Virus record (IMG/VR): IMGVR_UViG_3300020578_000006
Location: 1 to 64,000 of that record
Strand: one strand, 5' to 3'
Length of the DNA stretch: 64,000 nt
How positions within the stretch are numbered: the first letter of the stretch is position 1; every line of letters begins with the position of its first letter. The position numbers and the translations under genes are program-made. Under the pieces are notes generated by a model. That model searched no databases, was not told the DNA's origin, and saw only the letters and a program-made list of their open reading frames with translations. Of the stretch, positions 24,715-33,287 are shown in pieces.

Positions 24715-25001
24715 AATTTGACGTTGAAGAGCTTATTGGAAAATTGGAGGTGTTAAATAATACCTACCTTTGGTCAATTCAAGAGGCTAAAAAAATTGTT
24801 GAGGAGACGGAGAAGCTTATTAGCTCTAAAGACCCTAACAGATTTTCTAAAATAGATAAGCTTAGAAATAAATTTTTAGAGCTTCAAACCCGTCATATTA
24901 ACGATAAAACATATTACAATAAGCTTATAGCACAATCTCGGTCTTACTTCCTGAAGAAGTATAATACTGACATAATTAAACTACTAGGAGATGAGGAATG
25001 A
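24711..25001 (+). CDS. hypothetical coiled-coil protein
   Basis: 96 aa in operon. Confidence 0.7.
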   Translation: MKFDVEELIGKLEVLNNTYLWSIQEAKKIVEETEKLISSKDPNRFSKIDKLRNKFLELQTRHINDKTYYNKLIAQSRSYFLKKYNTDIIKLLGDEE

Positions 25002-25180
25002 GAAAGCTGAGTAAAAAAGAAATTAGAAGATTAGAAGAAGAAGGTAGATTGCGTGATTTAGTAGAGATTTGGGTTGACCGTCACAATCATAAACTCGAAC
25101 TTCTTCGTACTTTTACCAGTCTTGTTGCAGCTATAGCATCTTCTGTTGTCCTATTAAAATTACTTCATATTATAAATTGA
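24998..25180 (+). CDS. small membrane protein
   Basis: 60 aa with C-terminal TM. Confidence 0.65.
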   Translation: MRKLSKKEIRRLEEEGRLRDLVEIWVDRHNHKLELLRTFTSLVAAIASSVVLLKLLHIIN

Positions 25181-25578
25181 AAGTCTTCAATAAGATTAAA
25201 GAAGTAAGTTATGCTCTTTTAAATGAGCATCCTAGTTCTCATAGATGTCGTCATTTTAGTTTTATATTGGATGGTAATAAGATACTAAAAATAGGGTTTA
25301 ATAGAAGCAAAACCCATCCTAGGAACCTTCTTTATAATTATAAAAATAGACGAGGTGAATTTATGGCCGATCAAATTGGTATACATAGTGAGATGGATGC
25401 GGTTATTAAGTTAGGGGCGACTGATTGTTCTGGATTATCAATTGTTAATACTAGAATTAATAGAAATAATGAGCTAGATATGAGCAAACCTTGTAGCGGT
25501 TGTTTACATATGTTAAGAAGTTTAAATTTTAACAATATCTATTATTTTGATTATAGTAAGCTTTTCAAAAAACTTTAA
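25177..25578 (+). CDS. zinc-dependent cytidine/dCMP deaminase-superfamily protein
   Basis: HSE and PCSGC zinc motifs. Confidence 0.8.
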   Translation: MKVFNKIKEVSYALLNEHPSSHRCRHFSFILDGNKILKIGFNRSKTHPRNLLYNYKNRRGEFMADQIGIHSEMDAVIKLGATDCSGLSIVNTRINRNNELDMSKPCSGCLHMLRSLNFNNIYYFDYSKLFKKL

Positions 25579-25581
25579 TAG

Positions 25582-26052
25582 TTAATCTTCGCCAGTAATT
25601 AAAGGTGCCGGCTTTACATTTGGATCTATGGGTGCGGCTGTTTTATGTGATAATGATTCGTCACTGTTTTCTTGTGCTCCTGTTACTGATGTTTCTTGCA
25701 AGTCCCATTTAAGTGTATTAGAGTTCCATGAATAATGACTAACGTCATCTGGTATAGGTAATATATGTTCCCACTTACATGTTTCTTTATTTAAAACTAA
25801 ATCTCGATGAGGTTTAGGAGGTATAAATGCATCCAAAGATTCATCATATGAATCTCCAATAGCAGCAAATTTTTTTCTAATAATATTATTATAGCTAGTT
25901 TTAATCCATTTTTCCCCGCCAAAATTATCTCTACAGAATTTTTTACCTATTTCTTCATTTTCTTTATTTGTATTATCTATAGTATCTTTATCGGCTATAG
26001 CCAAAACTCTAACTACAATATTTTCTTTATTAATTTCTGCGTAGTGTGCCAT
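25582..26052 (-). CDS. tail-fibre-associated hypothetical protein
   Basis: MAHYAEIN...WIKTSYN...DAFIPPKP pattern; follows the Gly-rich fibre gene. Confidence 0.7.
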   Translation of the reverse strand: MAHYAEINKENIVVRVLAIADKDTIDNTNKENEEIGKKFCRDNFGGEKWIKTSYNNIIRKKFAAIGDSYDESLDAFIPPKPHRDLVLNKETCKWEHILPIPDDVSHYSWNSNTLKWDLQETSVTGAQENSDESLSHKTAAPIDPNVKPAPLITGED

Positions 26053-26053
26053 A

Positions 26054-29000
26054 TTATCTCACAAATATATTTACAAATTGTATAGCATGACATTCAGTGC
26101 CTGCCTGAAACCCGGGGCCACATATAGATGCACCAGTACTAAACCCTGTCCAACCTTGATGACCACTCCAATTCCACGTAAACATTCTGTTTGAGTCATT
26201 ACTTAATCCGTTAGTTTGGGTATCTGGCCAAAGTGCATTATTATAGGTATAGATTGGCGATCCACCTGCCCATAAATTTGGGTATCTAGAATATGTTAGT
26301 GGTAAGATAGCTATTGTTGTTGAGTCTGGAGCACGACCAACTGGATTATTAAAACTAAATCCACAGTTATTTGGATTGTTTAGTACAGATTGATCTTTTT
26401 CCGATAAAATTGGACAAAAATCAGCCCATCCAAATACGTATCTACTCCCCGGACTTCTTAGATAAAAACTATCATTAAGCTGTACTCGGTTAATAATCAT
26501 TTCCATATTATTCCAAGTATCTTCACCTTTAATACCGTGAATTACACCCGAAGGTAAATAACGAGGAACAAAATTACTAGTTACAGCAGCAAGGTTGGCT
26601 TGTCTCAAGCCTTCTTTATAGTTTCCGCCCCCAGCATTTGCAAACCATTGTGTGTGCCATTTTACTGTAACGCTGCTCCCGGCGCCCTCTCTTCCAACAG
26701 CAACTAACACCCATCCACCTCCAAAACTTGTCATGTCACAATAAATTGACGTGGGCTCTCCGTCAACCCATAAGAAATAATCTCCACTTGGAGCCCCTGG
26801 TCTAGCTGCTAAAATTTCCCTTGCATTATTTGCAGGATTTTCAATAGTACCAAGAAGTCCTCTGCTCTTATTATTAGTATACTTATACCTTACAATCACT
26901 ATACCCTTTCCACCGTTTCCACCCGTACTATAAGCGTGCGTCCCTCCACCGCCACCACCGCCTGTATTTGCTGCACCATTTCCCCCCCGTATACTAGATC
27001 CACTGTACCCGGCCTCACCAGAACTATCCCACATCCACCTCCAGTTAGAGTTAGGGCTTGAGTAATTTATCTGACTGCTTCCGCTTTGTCCACCTGCTCC
27101 ACCCTGGCTACCATAACTATCATCATACCTACTCCCTCCACCGCCTCCGCCCATTCCTGCAGGCCCAGATCCCGGTCCAGTATAGTTTGCCGCTCCTCCT
27201 CCACCTCCAAAACATTTCTCAATTCCTAGAATATAAGAATAATACCCATCCCCCCCTATACCAGACTGAATACTCGCTCGACCATTTGCAAGTGAATTTC
27301 CATCAGTGGTAGGAGAATTAAAAGATGCTCCCCCACCAGAACCTCCATAATAATCTACTGTACCTGCAGAAGCCCCTCCAGAAGTACCCTGACCGGCAAT
27401 ATTTTTACCCCCATATCTTATACCCACTACATTATGGGTGGCAGAGGCCCCTCCCCCGGAACCACCTCTAGTTGGATTTGGACCAATATATCTTTCCCCG
27501 CTTGTCCCGGTAGATCTATAATGCCCGCTTTGAGCGCCGCCACCCCCTCTTGCCTGTATAATTTGTTGATTAGAATTTATAAATTGCCATGTACCAGGGG
27601 TTAGAAACTCGTGAATTGTATATTGAACACCCCCTATAACTCTTTGATATATCCTATCACCACCGTGTGCACGCTGTACACCCTGATATCTCACTACAAC
27701 AATACCAGAACCACCAAATCCTCCTCTATTATTTGAGTTATAATGTGCACTTCCTCCACCACCACCTCCGGTGTTTTCCCCTGCATCACCTCCGGGTGTA
27801 TTACCACCATCTCCCCCACCTGGACTACCAACATTATATGCAGAGCCACCACCCTGGCCGCGCAAACCGCCCCCAGAGCCCCCACCTCCTCCGCCTATAC
27901 CACCGTTTCCTGATTCTCTTGAATGTCCAGCGCCGCCTCCTCCTCCGGCCCAATAATAATTATCACCTGTTATGTTATTTAAGATGCCAGGGCCCCCATC
28001 TGATCTAGCTGTGGAATCAACGCCTTGACCGCCTGCACCTCCTCCTCCACCAGAATAATACTGAGGTCCACCACGACCACCTCTAAATCCTTGACCTGCG
28101 GTCCCAGCGCCTCCATCTCTAAAAGAAGCACTACCATCACTGTACCCAGAAGCCCCTCCACCAGATCCTCCGGCACATCCTGCTGGGCCAGGATTATACT
28201 GGTAATATGAACTACCTCCCCGGCCACCCCCTATAGCAGTAAAAGTAGCAAATTGTGAGTTGCCCCCGTTACCAGCGGCAATATTAAACTGATGGGTAGA
28301 ACTTTGTTGGAATGTACCGCCTGCAGGTGCACCAGCACCCCCTGCTCCTACTACAACAGTATACGATTGACCAGCTATAATCGGTAATGTACCAGATAAT
28401 ACTCCACCGCCTCCGCCTCCACCACCCATATCCATACCTCCACCGCCACCACCTGCTACAACCAGATAGTCTACGCTAGTTACATTAGTTTGACCAGCAG
28501 ACAGAGGGGTTGTAAGATAGAGAAAAGAATCACCCCCAACACTACCTGTAGGAGGAGGGCCGTTATAAGGGCCAGGTGAACCGGCTCCACCGGCTCCTAC
28601 AACTACTGTACAATTACCTGTTAAAACAGTAGCACATTGATTTTCAATAACTCCACCGCCTCCGCCTCCACCACCCATATCCATACCTCCACCACCTCCA
28701 CCTGCTACCACTGTATACCAAATTTTATTTCCTCTAGAAGGATCAGTACCTAATTGTGTGATATTAAAAGTACCTGAATTTTCAAATACATGTACTCTAT
28801 TATCTCCAATATCATATATAACATCACCCCCGGTGGCAATCATTCCTTGAGGGAAAGTAATTCCTGATGTTATTGTCAATCTACTTCTATTAGGTAGTTC
28901 TTCTACTGTACACTCCCCTTGAATGGTTCTATTTCTAGCTGTTGCTCCATCTAAATTATCTCCATAACCATTTACCCACCAATTAGTTGTCATAAATTGA

Positions 29001-29566
29001 TGTTGATTACTACCACCATACCTTCTCGCCTGAAGACCTATTCTACCATTTGTAGTTCCCCAGCTTGGTACTATTCTTTCAAAATGCCAGGTTTTTTCAT
29101 CATACAAATCAGAGTTTGAAAACTTACAAATTTCAGTATTATTAGCATAAAATATCCAATGAGAGATAGTATGGGAGTTATAATAACCGTGTCCTATTTT
29201 TGCAGTAAATCTTAAATAACTATTCACAGAGGTAGGTGTAAAATCTACATACGCACCTGCAAACCAATCAAAACTATTTGTTAGATAGTAAGCACCGCCT
29301 GTATAATAAGAAATGACTCTATTATTACAGAAATTTAAATCTTCAGAGATGGCCAAGCTTCCAGTACTATCATAAATTAAAGGTCTGATATTGCCTTGTG
29401 TATCTAAATTTTGTACTGATTGTGGGTTAATACTTAAATTTGCAAATTTACTATTTGTTAGCGCTTTGTCCGCAATTTTTAACCCAGTAACAGATAGATT
29501 AGTAAATGCATTATTTGCAATAGCATTCACATCAACATTAGAATTTACTATTTTTGTTAATGGCAT
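26054..29566 (-). CDS. glycine-rich tail fibre/adhesin with C-terminal fibrinogen-like domain
   Basis: 1170 aa; repeated VVAGGGGGG...G.GG.GIVVVRY modules; SGDYFL...IYCDMTSFGGGWVLVA. Confidence 0.85.
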   Translation of the reverse strand: MPLTKIVNSNVDVNAIANNAFTNLSVTGLKIADKALTNSKFANLSINPQSVQNLDTQGNIRPLIYDSTGSLAISEDLNFCNNRVISYYTGGAYYLTNSFDWFAGAYVDFTPTSVNSYLRFTAKIGHGYYNSHTISHWIFYANNTEICKFSNSDLYDEKTWHFERIVPSWGTTNGRIGLQARRYGGSNQHQFMTTNWWVNGYGDNLDGATARNRTIQGECTVEELPNRSRLTITSGITFPQGMIATGGDVIYDIGDNRVHVFENSGTFNITQLGTDPSRGNKIWYTVVAGGGGGGMDMGGGGGGGGVIENQCATVLTGNCTVVVGAGGAGSPGPYNGPPPTGSVGGDSFLYLTTPLSAGQTNVTSVDYLVVAGGGGGGMDMGGGGGGGGVLSGTLPIIAGQSYTVVVGAGGAGAPAGGTFQQSSTHQFNIAAGNGGNSQFATFTAIGGGRGGSSYYQYNPGPAGCAGGSGGGASGYSDGSASFRDGGAGTAGQGFRGGRGGPQYYSGGGGGAGGQGVDSTARSDGGPGILNNITGDNYYWAGGGGGAGHSRESGNGGIGGGGGGSGGGLRGQGGGSAYNVGSPGGGDGGNTPGGDAGENTGGGGGGSAHYNSNNRGGFGGSGIVVVRYQGVQRAHGGDRIYQRVIGGVQYTIHEFLTPGTWQFINSNQQIIQARGGGGAQSGHYRSTGTSGERYIGPNPTRGGSGGGASATHNVVGIRYGGKNIAGQGTSGGASAGTVDYYGGSGGGASFNSPTTDGNSLANGRASIQSGIGGDGYYSYILGIEKCFGGGGGAANYTGPGSGPAGMGGGGGGSRYDDSYGSQGGAGGQSGSSQINYSSPNSNWRWMWDSSGEAGYSGSSIRGGNGAANTGGGGGGGTHAYSTGGNGGKGIVIVRYKYTNNKSRGLLGTIENPANNAREILAARPGAPSGDYFLWVDGEPTSIYCDMTSFGGGWVLVAVGREGAGSSVTVKWHTQWFANAGGGNYKEGLRQANLAAVTSNFVPRYLPSGVIHGIKGEDTWNNMEMIINRVQLNDSFYLRSPGSRYVFGWADFCPILSEKDQSVLNNPNNCGFSFNNPVGRAPDSTTIAILPLTYSRYPNLWAGGSPIYTYNNALWPDTQTNGLSNDSNRMFTWNWSGHQGWTGFSTGASICGPGFQAGTECHAIQFVNIFVR
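28401..28693. repeat. 44-nt exact direct repeat (28401..28444 and 28650..28693)
   Basis: ACTCCACCGCCTCCGCCTCCACCACCCATATCCATACCTCCACC occurs twice; encodes GGGMDMGGGGGGGGV. Confidence 0.9.
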
Positions 29567-29567
29567 A

Positions 29568-30224
29568 TTAGTTATTTAGAAACTCCTCTAACACTAATTG
29601 TGTTACAGTGTTTCCTGAAGTCCCTCCATCGCCATTCCAATATCTAGTCCCGTGAAACGCTCCATAATAATTTCCAGAATAATATCTGCACTGAATACCT
29701 ATTCTTCCTGATGTAGTTCCCCAGCTCGGATACATACGTTCATAATGAAGTCTTTTTTCTCCATATTGCGCCCCAAGTGTCCATTGATCTCTTAATTGAT
29801 TATTCCAATAAAATAGTTGATGTTGAATTCCGTAACTACCATCATTCCAATACCAACTATAATTTGCTGCCCACCTAATTATACTATCCGCTCTAAGGGG
29901 GGTATAATCAATAAATAAACCAGGTACCCAGGTAAAAGAAGCAGGGGCCCCAAACGGTATATTATAGGTTTGTATGACTCTATTAATACAGTAGGCCTTA
30001 TTATTGCTATACTGAAGAGTTCCTGTAGAACTAAATACTAATTGCTGAAAAGAAGATGTAGAGGATAATATCTTTCCTAATGTTAGAGTATTATCTGCGA
30101 TTAAATTACCAGTAATACTATTAAGAGATAGCTTACTTGTAGTTATCGATAAATTATTAACCTGACTATCGTTAAAAGTATTTGCAGTTATTAACGAGGG
30201 GGATGATATTCTAGTTAATGCCAT
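29568..30224 (-). CDS. short tail-fibre paralog (shares N-terminal ~220 aa layout with 26054 gene)
   Basis: MALTRI; INRVI..WVPGLFIDYTP..PSWGTTSGRIGIQ. Confidence 0.8.
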   Translation of the reverse strand: MALTRISSPSLITANTFNDSQVNNLSITTSKLSLNSITGNLIADNTLTLGKILSSTSSFQQLVFSSTGTLQYSNNKAYCINRVIQTYNIPFGAPASFTWVPGLFIDYTPLRADSIIRWAANYSWYWNDGSYGIQHQLFYWNNQLRDQWTLGAQYGEKRLHYERMYPSWGTTSGRIGIQCRYYSGNYYGAFHGTRYWNGDGGTSGNTVTQLVLEEFLNN

Positions 30225-30907
30225 TAGCTTGATAACTCCTCTATTACTAATTGAGGTCTAACAAAGTAATTTCCGCCCCCTCCATTCCAATAATAAGTAC
30301 TATGGACTGCAAGGCGATATCTATTAGAAGAATAATCTCTATATTGCATACCTATTCTTGAGCGAAATCTTCCCCAAGAATTTACAAAAAATTGAAAGTA
30401 ATTCATGGATTCTGGATAATAACCAGAGTCATTATACCTGCAAGTATCTACATTATTTGCAAAGAAAATGTAGTGACTAATTTGATGGGCATTTCCGGTC
30501 CACCCTGTACCCCAACTACAAGAAAATTTTAATTTGCTACTTGATGATAAAGGGGTATAATCGTAATACAAACCTGGTACCCAATTATAGGTACTATTAG
30601 ATGTTGCAATATATCTACCTGCTTGAGAATTAACATCGGAATTACCTCCTAGGTAGTTATATACAACTCTATTAATACAGTGATTAAAATTAACTGCAGT
30701 AGTAGGAGTACCATTAATATCTGTATATATACTTCTATTTGGTGTACTAGTTGCAAACGTACAAAGCGGTATTGTATTAGATGTTATTTGACCGGTACCA
30801 ATACTAAGGTCACTTATCTTATTAGTAGAAACTGTTTTATTAGTTATAAATGACGAAGTTACGGTAGAATCATTAAACAACCCAGATTTAATACGAGTTA
30901 AAGGCAT
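30224..30907 (-). CDS. short tail-fibre paralog
   Basis: MPLTRI; INRVV..WVPGLYYDYTP..SWG..RIGMQYR. Confidence 0.8.
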   Translation of the reverse strand: MPLTRIKSGLFNDSTVTSSFITNKTVSTNKISDLSIGTGQITSNTIPLCTFATSTPNRSIYTDINGTPTTAVNFNHCINRVVYNYLGGNSDVNSQAGRYIATSNSTYNWVPGLYYDYTPLSSSSKLKFSCSWGTGWTGNAHQISHYIFFANNVDTCRYNDSGYYPESMNYFQFFVNSWGRFRSRIGMQYRDYSSNRYRLAVHSTYYWNGGGGNYFVRPQLVIEELSS

Positions 30908-30913
30908 ACATAT

Positions 30914-30934
30914 TATTTAATGTTTTTATAAATA
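30914..30934. promoter_or_regulatory. back-to-back T4-type late promoters
   Basis: TAAATA on minus (30914..30919, 6 nt to ATG) and TATAAATA on plus (30927..30934, 5 nt to ATG). Confidence 0.75.
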
Positions 30935-30939
30935 ATAGT

Positions 30940-31458
30940 ATGCCTATTTTCGGTATTAATAACAATAATATATATGCAGACAATACATCTCAAGAGTTTA
31001 GAATATCTGTAAACAATGTAGATGCATGGCGTTATAATATTAATAACAGTACTATACGGCAAATTTATCGTCCGATTTTACAGATAAATAGTACACTTGC
31101 AGGCGATACAAACCCTGGTCAGAATTATTTACACACTTGGACGCCACAAAGTTATCAAGGACCTGCTTCAACTGTAGCAACAGCTAATTACTTTACTGCA
31201 CCTCAAACCGGGATATATAAAGCAAATATTACAGCATTATGTCGGCACAATCATCATCATTGGATTATGAGAAATGGATCTGCACCAGCTAGTTTTTCAC
31301 ATTATGTCTATCAAGGGACCGGTAACTATATGTCTATTGGCGCAAGTATGATTTTTTCTTTAAATGCAGGAGATACAATATCGTTTGGTGGTAATAGAAA
31401 TGATGGTAATATTTGGGGAGGTGGATGGACAATAGGCTCAATAGAAAGGATGGGATAA
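30940..31458 (+). CDS. C1q/TNF-like jelly-roll fibre-tip protein
   Basis: FTAPQTGIYKAN...FSLNAGDTI pattern. Confidence 0.65.
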   Translation: MPIFGINNNNIYADNTSQEFRISVNNVDAWRYNINNSTIRQIYRPILQINSTLAGDTNPGQNYLHTWTPQSYQGPASTVATANYFTAPQTGIYKANITALCRHNHHHWIMRNGSAPASFSHYVYQGTGNYMSIGASMIFSLNAGDTISFGGNRNDGNIWGGGWTIGSIERMG

Positions 31459-31459
31459 T

Positions 31460-32122
31460 ATGGGGGTAAATTTTAGATTTGGTACTACCGGTAACACAAT
31501 AGAATTGGCTTCTGGTGTAGATGACTGTTTTATTGGAAGAGATTTTGCTAATTTTACTACTTTACCGGATGGTCTAGACGCCGTACAAAGACAACCTGTA
31601 TTAAGACTTAATAATACAACTACTGGTCAAGAATTATATAGATGGTCTAATAATTCCTTAGTAGCAGGACCGGGAGTTAACAGGATAACACCAAGCCTAT
31701 TTGTTGGTAAAAACGCAAATGAAGCCAACGGAAATCAAAACCCTGTTCCTTTTGGCTTAGTACTTAGAGATACAGCTGGGGGGTGGGTAGCAGCTAGCAA
31801 TCGGTATGTAATTCCTGTTGCTGGATGGTATAGGGTGAGTGTCACAGGATTAATTAGAAACAATGCGGTTTTAAATCCAAGGGTAAACGGGAGTCGTTGG
31901 TTTAACGGTGTACATACAGTACAGAGCTGCTACACAACATGCACTGTAGAATTTGTAAGAAACTGTGTGGCGGGAGACTTTATAGATGTCGAATCATGGA
32001 ATGGAGGAAATGTAGATGGAGGTACAGATTTAGGCCCTTCAGATAGAAATGAAGCACAATATTCCCCTTTAGGGGTAACCGGTATACCATGGACTTACAT
32101 GTGTATTGATTATATTTCATAA
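31460..32122 (+). CDS. C1q/TNF-like jelly-roll fibre-tip protein
   Basis: YVIPVAGWYRVS...CVAGDFIDV pattern. Confidence 0.65.
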   Translation: MGVNFRFGTTGNTIELASGVDDCFIGRDFANFTTLPDGLDAVQRQPVLRLNNTTTGQELYRWSNNSLVAGPGVNRITPSLFVGKNANEANGNQNPVPFGLVLRDTAGGWVAASNRYVIPVAGWYRVSVTGLIRNNAVLNPRVNGSRWFNGVHTVQSCYTTCTVEFVRNCVAGDFIDVESWNGGNVDGGTDLGPSDRNEAQYSPLGVTGIPWTYMCIDYIS

Positions 32123-32126
32123 TTTT

Positions 32127-32696
32127 ATGGCTATTTCATTTTCTAACGGTATGTCAATAAATACTTCTTTATCGGAAGTATTTTTTAATAATAATGCAAA
32201 TCAAGAGATTTCAAGAATTGGAATAACAGGTACTTCACAACCTCAATTGCCTTTTGCTTCTGTTCGCTATAACGCATCAACTACTTCAATGTCATATTAT
32301 CCACAAAATAACTATCCCAACTCTCCTTTTGGTCAATCCTATTTTCCAGTACAGGTACCTGCTAATGAACCTTACTATTGGAATCCGAGATATTTTAATA
32401 GAAGAACCAGTGAATTTGTGTGCCCGGTATATGGAAAATATAGAATGACAATGAATGTTTTGACTACAGGTAATAGCTATAATAGAGATGGGATGCAGTG
32501 TTACCCGGTAAGGAACGGTATCTCTATCGGGGTAAATGGTGCAATAGTACTTGGTGGTGCAAGCTACGCCACCGTACAAAGTGTGGTTGTAGTGGTTGCA
32601 AATGGAGGGGATAGACTGTGTTGGTATGCAAATGAAGGAATGAGAAGAGGTTATAGTGATACTTGGTCAACATTTACATATTGTTTATTAGCATAA
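32127..32696 (+). CDS. C1q/TNF-like jelly-roll fibre-tip protein (start MAISF)
   Basis: FVCPVYGKYRMT...ANGGDRL pattern. Confidence 0.65.
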   Translation: MAISFSNGMSINTSLSEVFFNNNANQEISRIGITGTSQPQLPFASVRYNASTTSMSYYPQNNYPNSPFGQSYFPVQVPANEPYYWNPRYFNRRTSEFVCPVYGKYRMTMNVLTTGNSYNRDGMQCYPVRNGISIGVNGAIVLGGASYATVQSVVVVVANGGDRLCWYANEGMRRGYSDTWSTFTYCLLA

Positions 32697-32712
32697 TTAA
32701 AATAAATATATT

Positions 32713-32985
32713 ATGGCAAAAACATTTAAAGTCGAAATTTCTGATTTAAGCGATAAAATTCTAAGATGGGGAGAATGTGATCCACAGAAATGGTTTGAAA
32801 TTGTAGTAAAAAATAGGGCTAATGCTGCTATTGAGGAGCTTTACGCATTAGAGTTAAGAAAAGCAATAAAAAATAAAACTAATATAAGCGGGGATAAGAA
32901 AAAAGTAGTTTTAGAAAGTACAGAATTAAACGCAAAAGAAAGACATTTAAAGGTAAGCAATGAGCTTCCATCAACTAGTATATAA
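32713..32985 (+). CDS. tail-fibre-associated small protein
   Basis: Late promoter 4 nt upstream; paralog of the next gene. Confidence 0.7.
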   Translation: MAKTFKVEISDLSDKILRWGECDPQKWFEIVVKNRANAAIEELYALELRKAIKNKTNISGDKKKVVLESTELNAKERHLKVSNELPSTSI

Positions 32986-32996
32986 AGGGTAACCAC

Positions 32997-33287
32997 ATGG
33001 CTGAATATTATGTAACTTTAGACGACGCTGAAATAAAAGCAATGGAATATGTTGCTGCTGATGTTCAAGACTGGATAGATAATTTAATTAATTTTAAGAT
33101 TCAGACATGTACAGATGAGTTTCTCAAGAGATATATAGAAATTCAGCAAGCTAAAAACGAAGAAATTATAACTAACACTGATTTATTAATTCAAGAAAGT
33201 ACAGAATTGCCTGCGTCACAGAGAATGGAAGAAAAAAATTATAAGATATTTCCTGACGATCCGTTTAATCCTTCTCTGATACCTTAG
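32997..33287 (+). CDS. tail-fibre-associated small protein
   Basis: EIKAMEYVAADVQDWIDN motif. Confidence 0.7.
   Translation: MAEYYVTLDDAEIKAMEYVAADVQDWIDNLINFKIQTCTDEFLKRYIEIQQAKNEEIITNTDLLIQESTELPASQRMEEKNYKIFPDDPFNPSLIP

Noticed and set aside
27058-28227. Pro-rich/His-rich ORFs overlapping the fibre gene
   Set aside because: Antisense or off-frame reflections of the Gly-rich repeats
26054-33287. Diversity-generating retroelement or invertible (Gin/Hin-type) fibre cassette
   Set aside because: No reverse transcriptase, adenine-only mismatched repeat pair, invertase or flanking inverted repeats found; the orientation flip is explained by divergent late promoters
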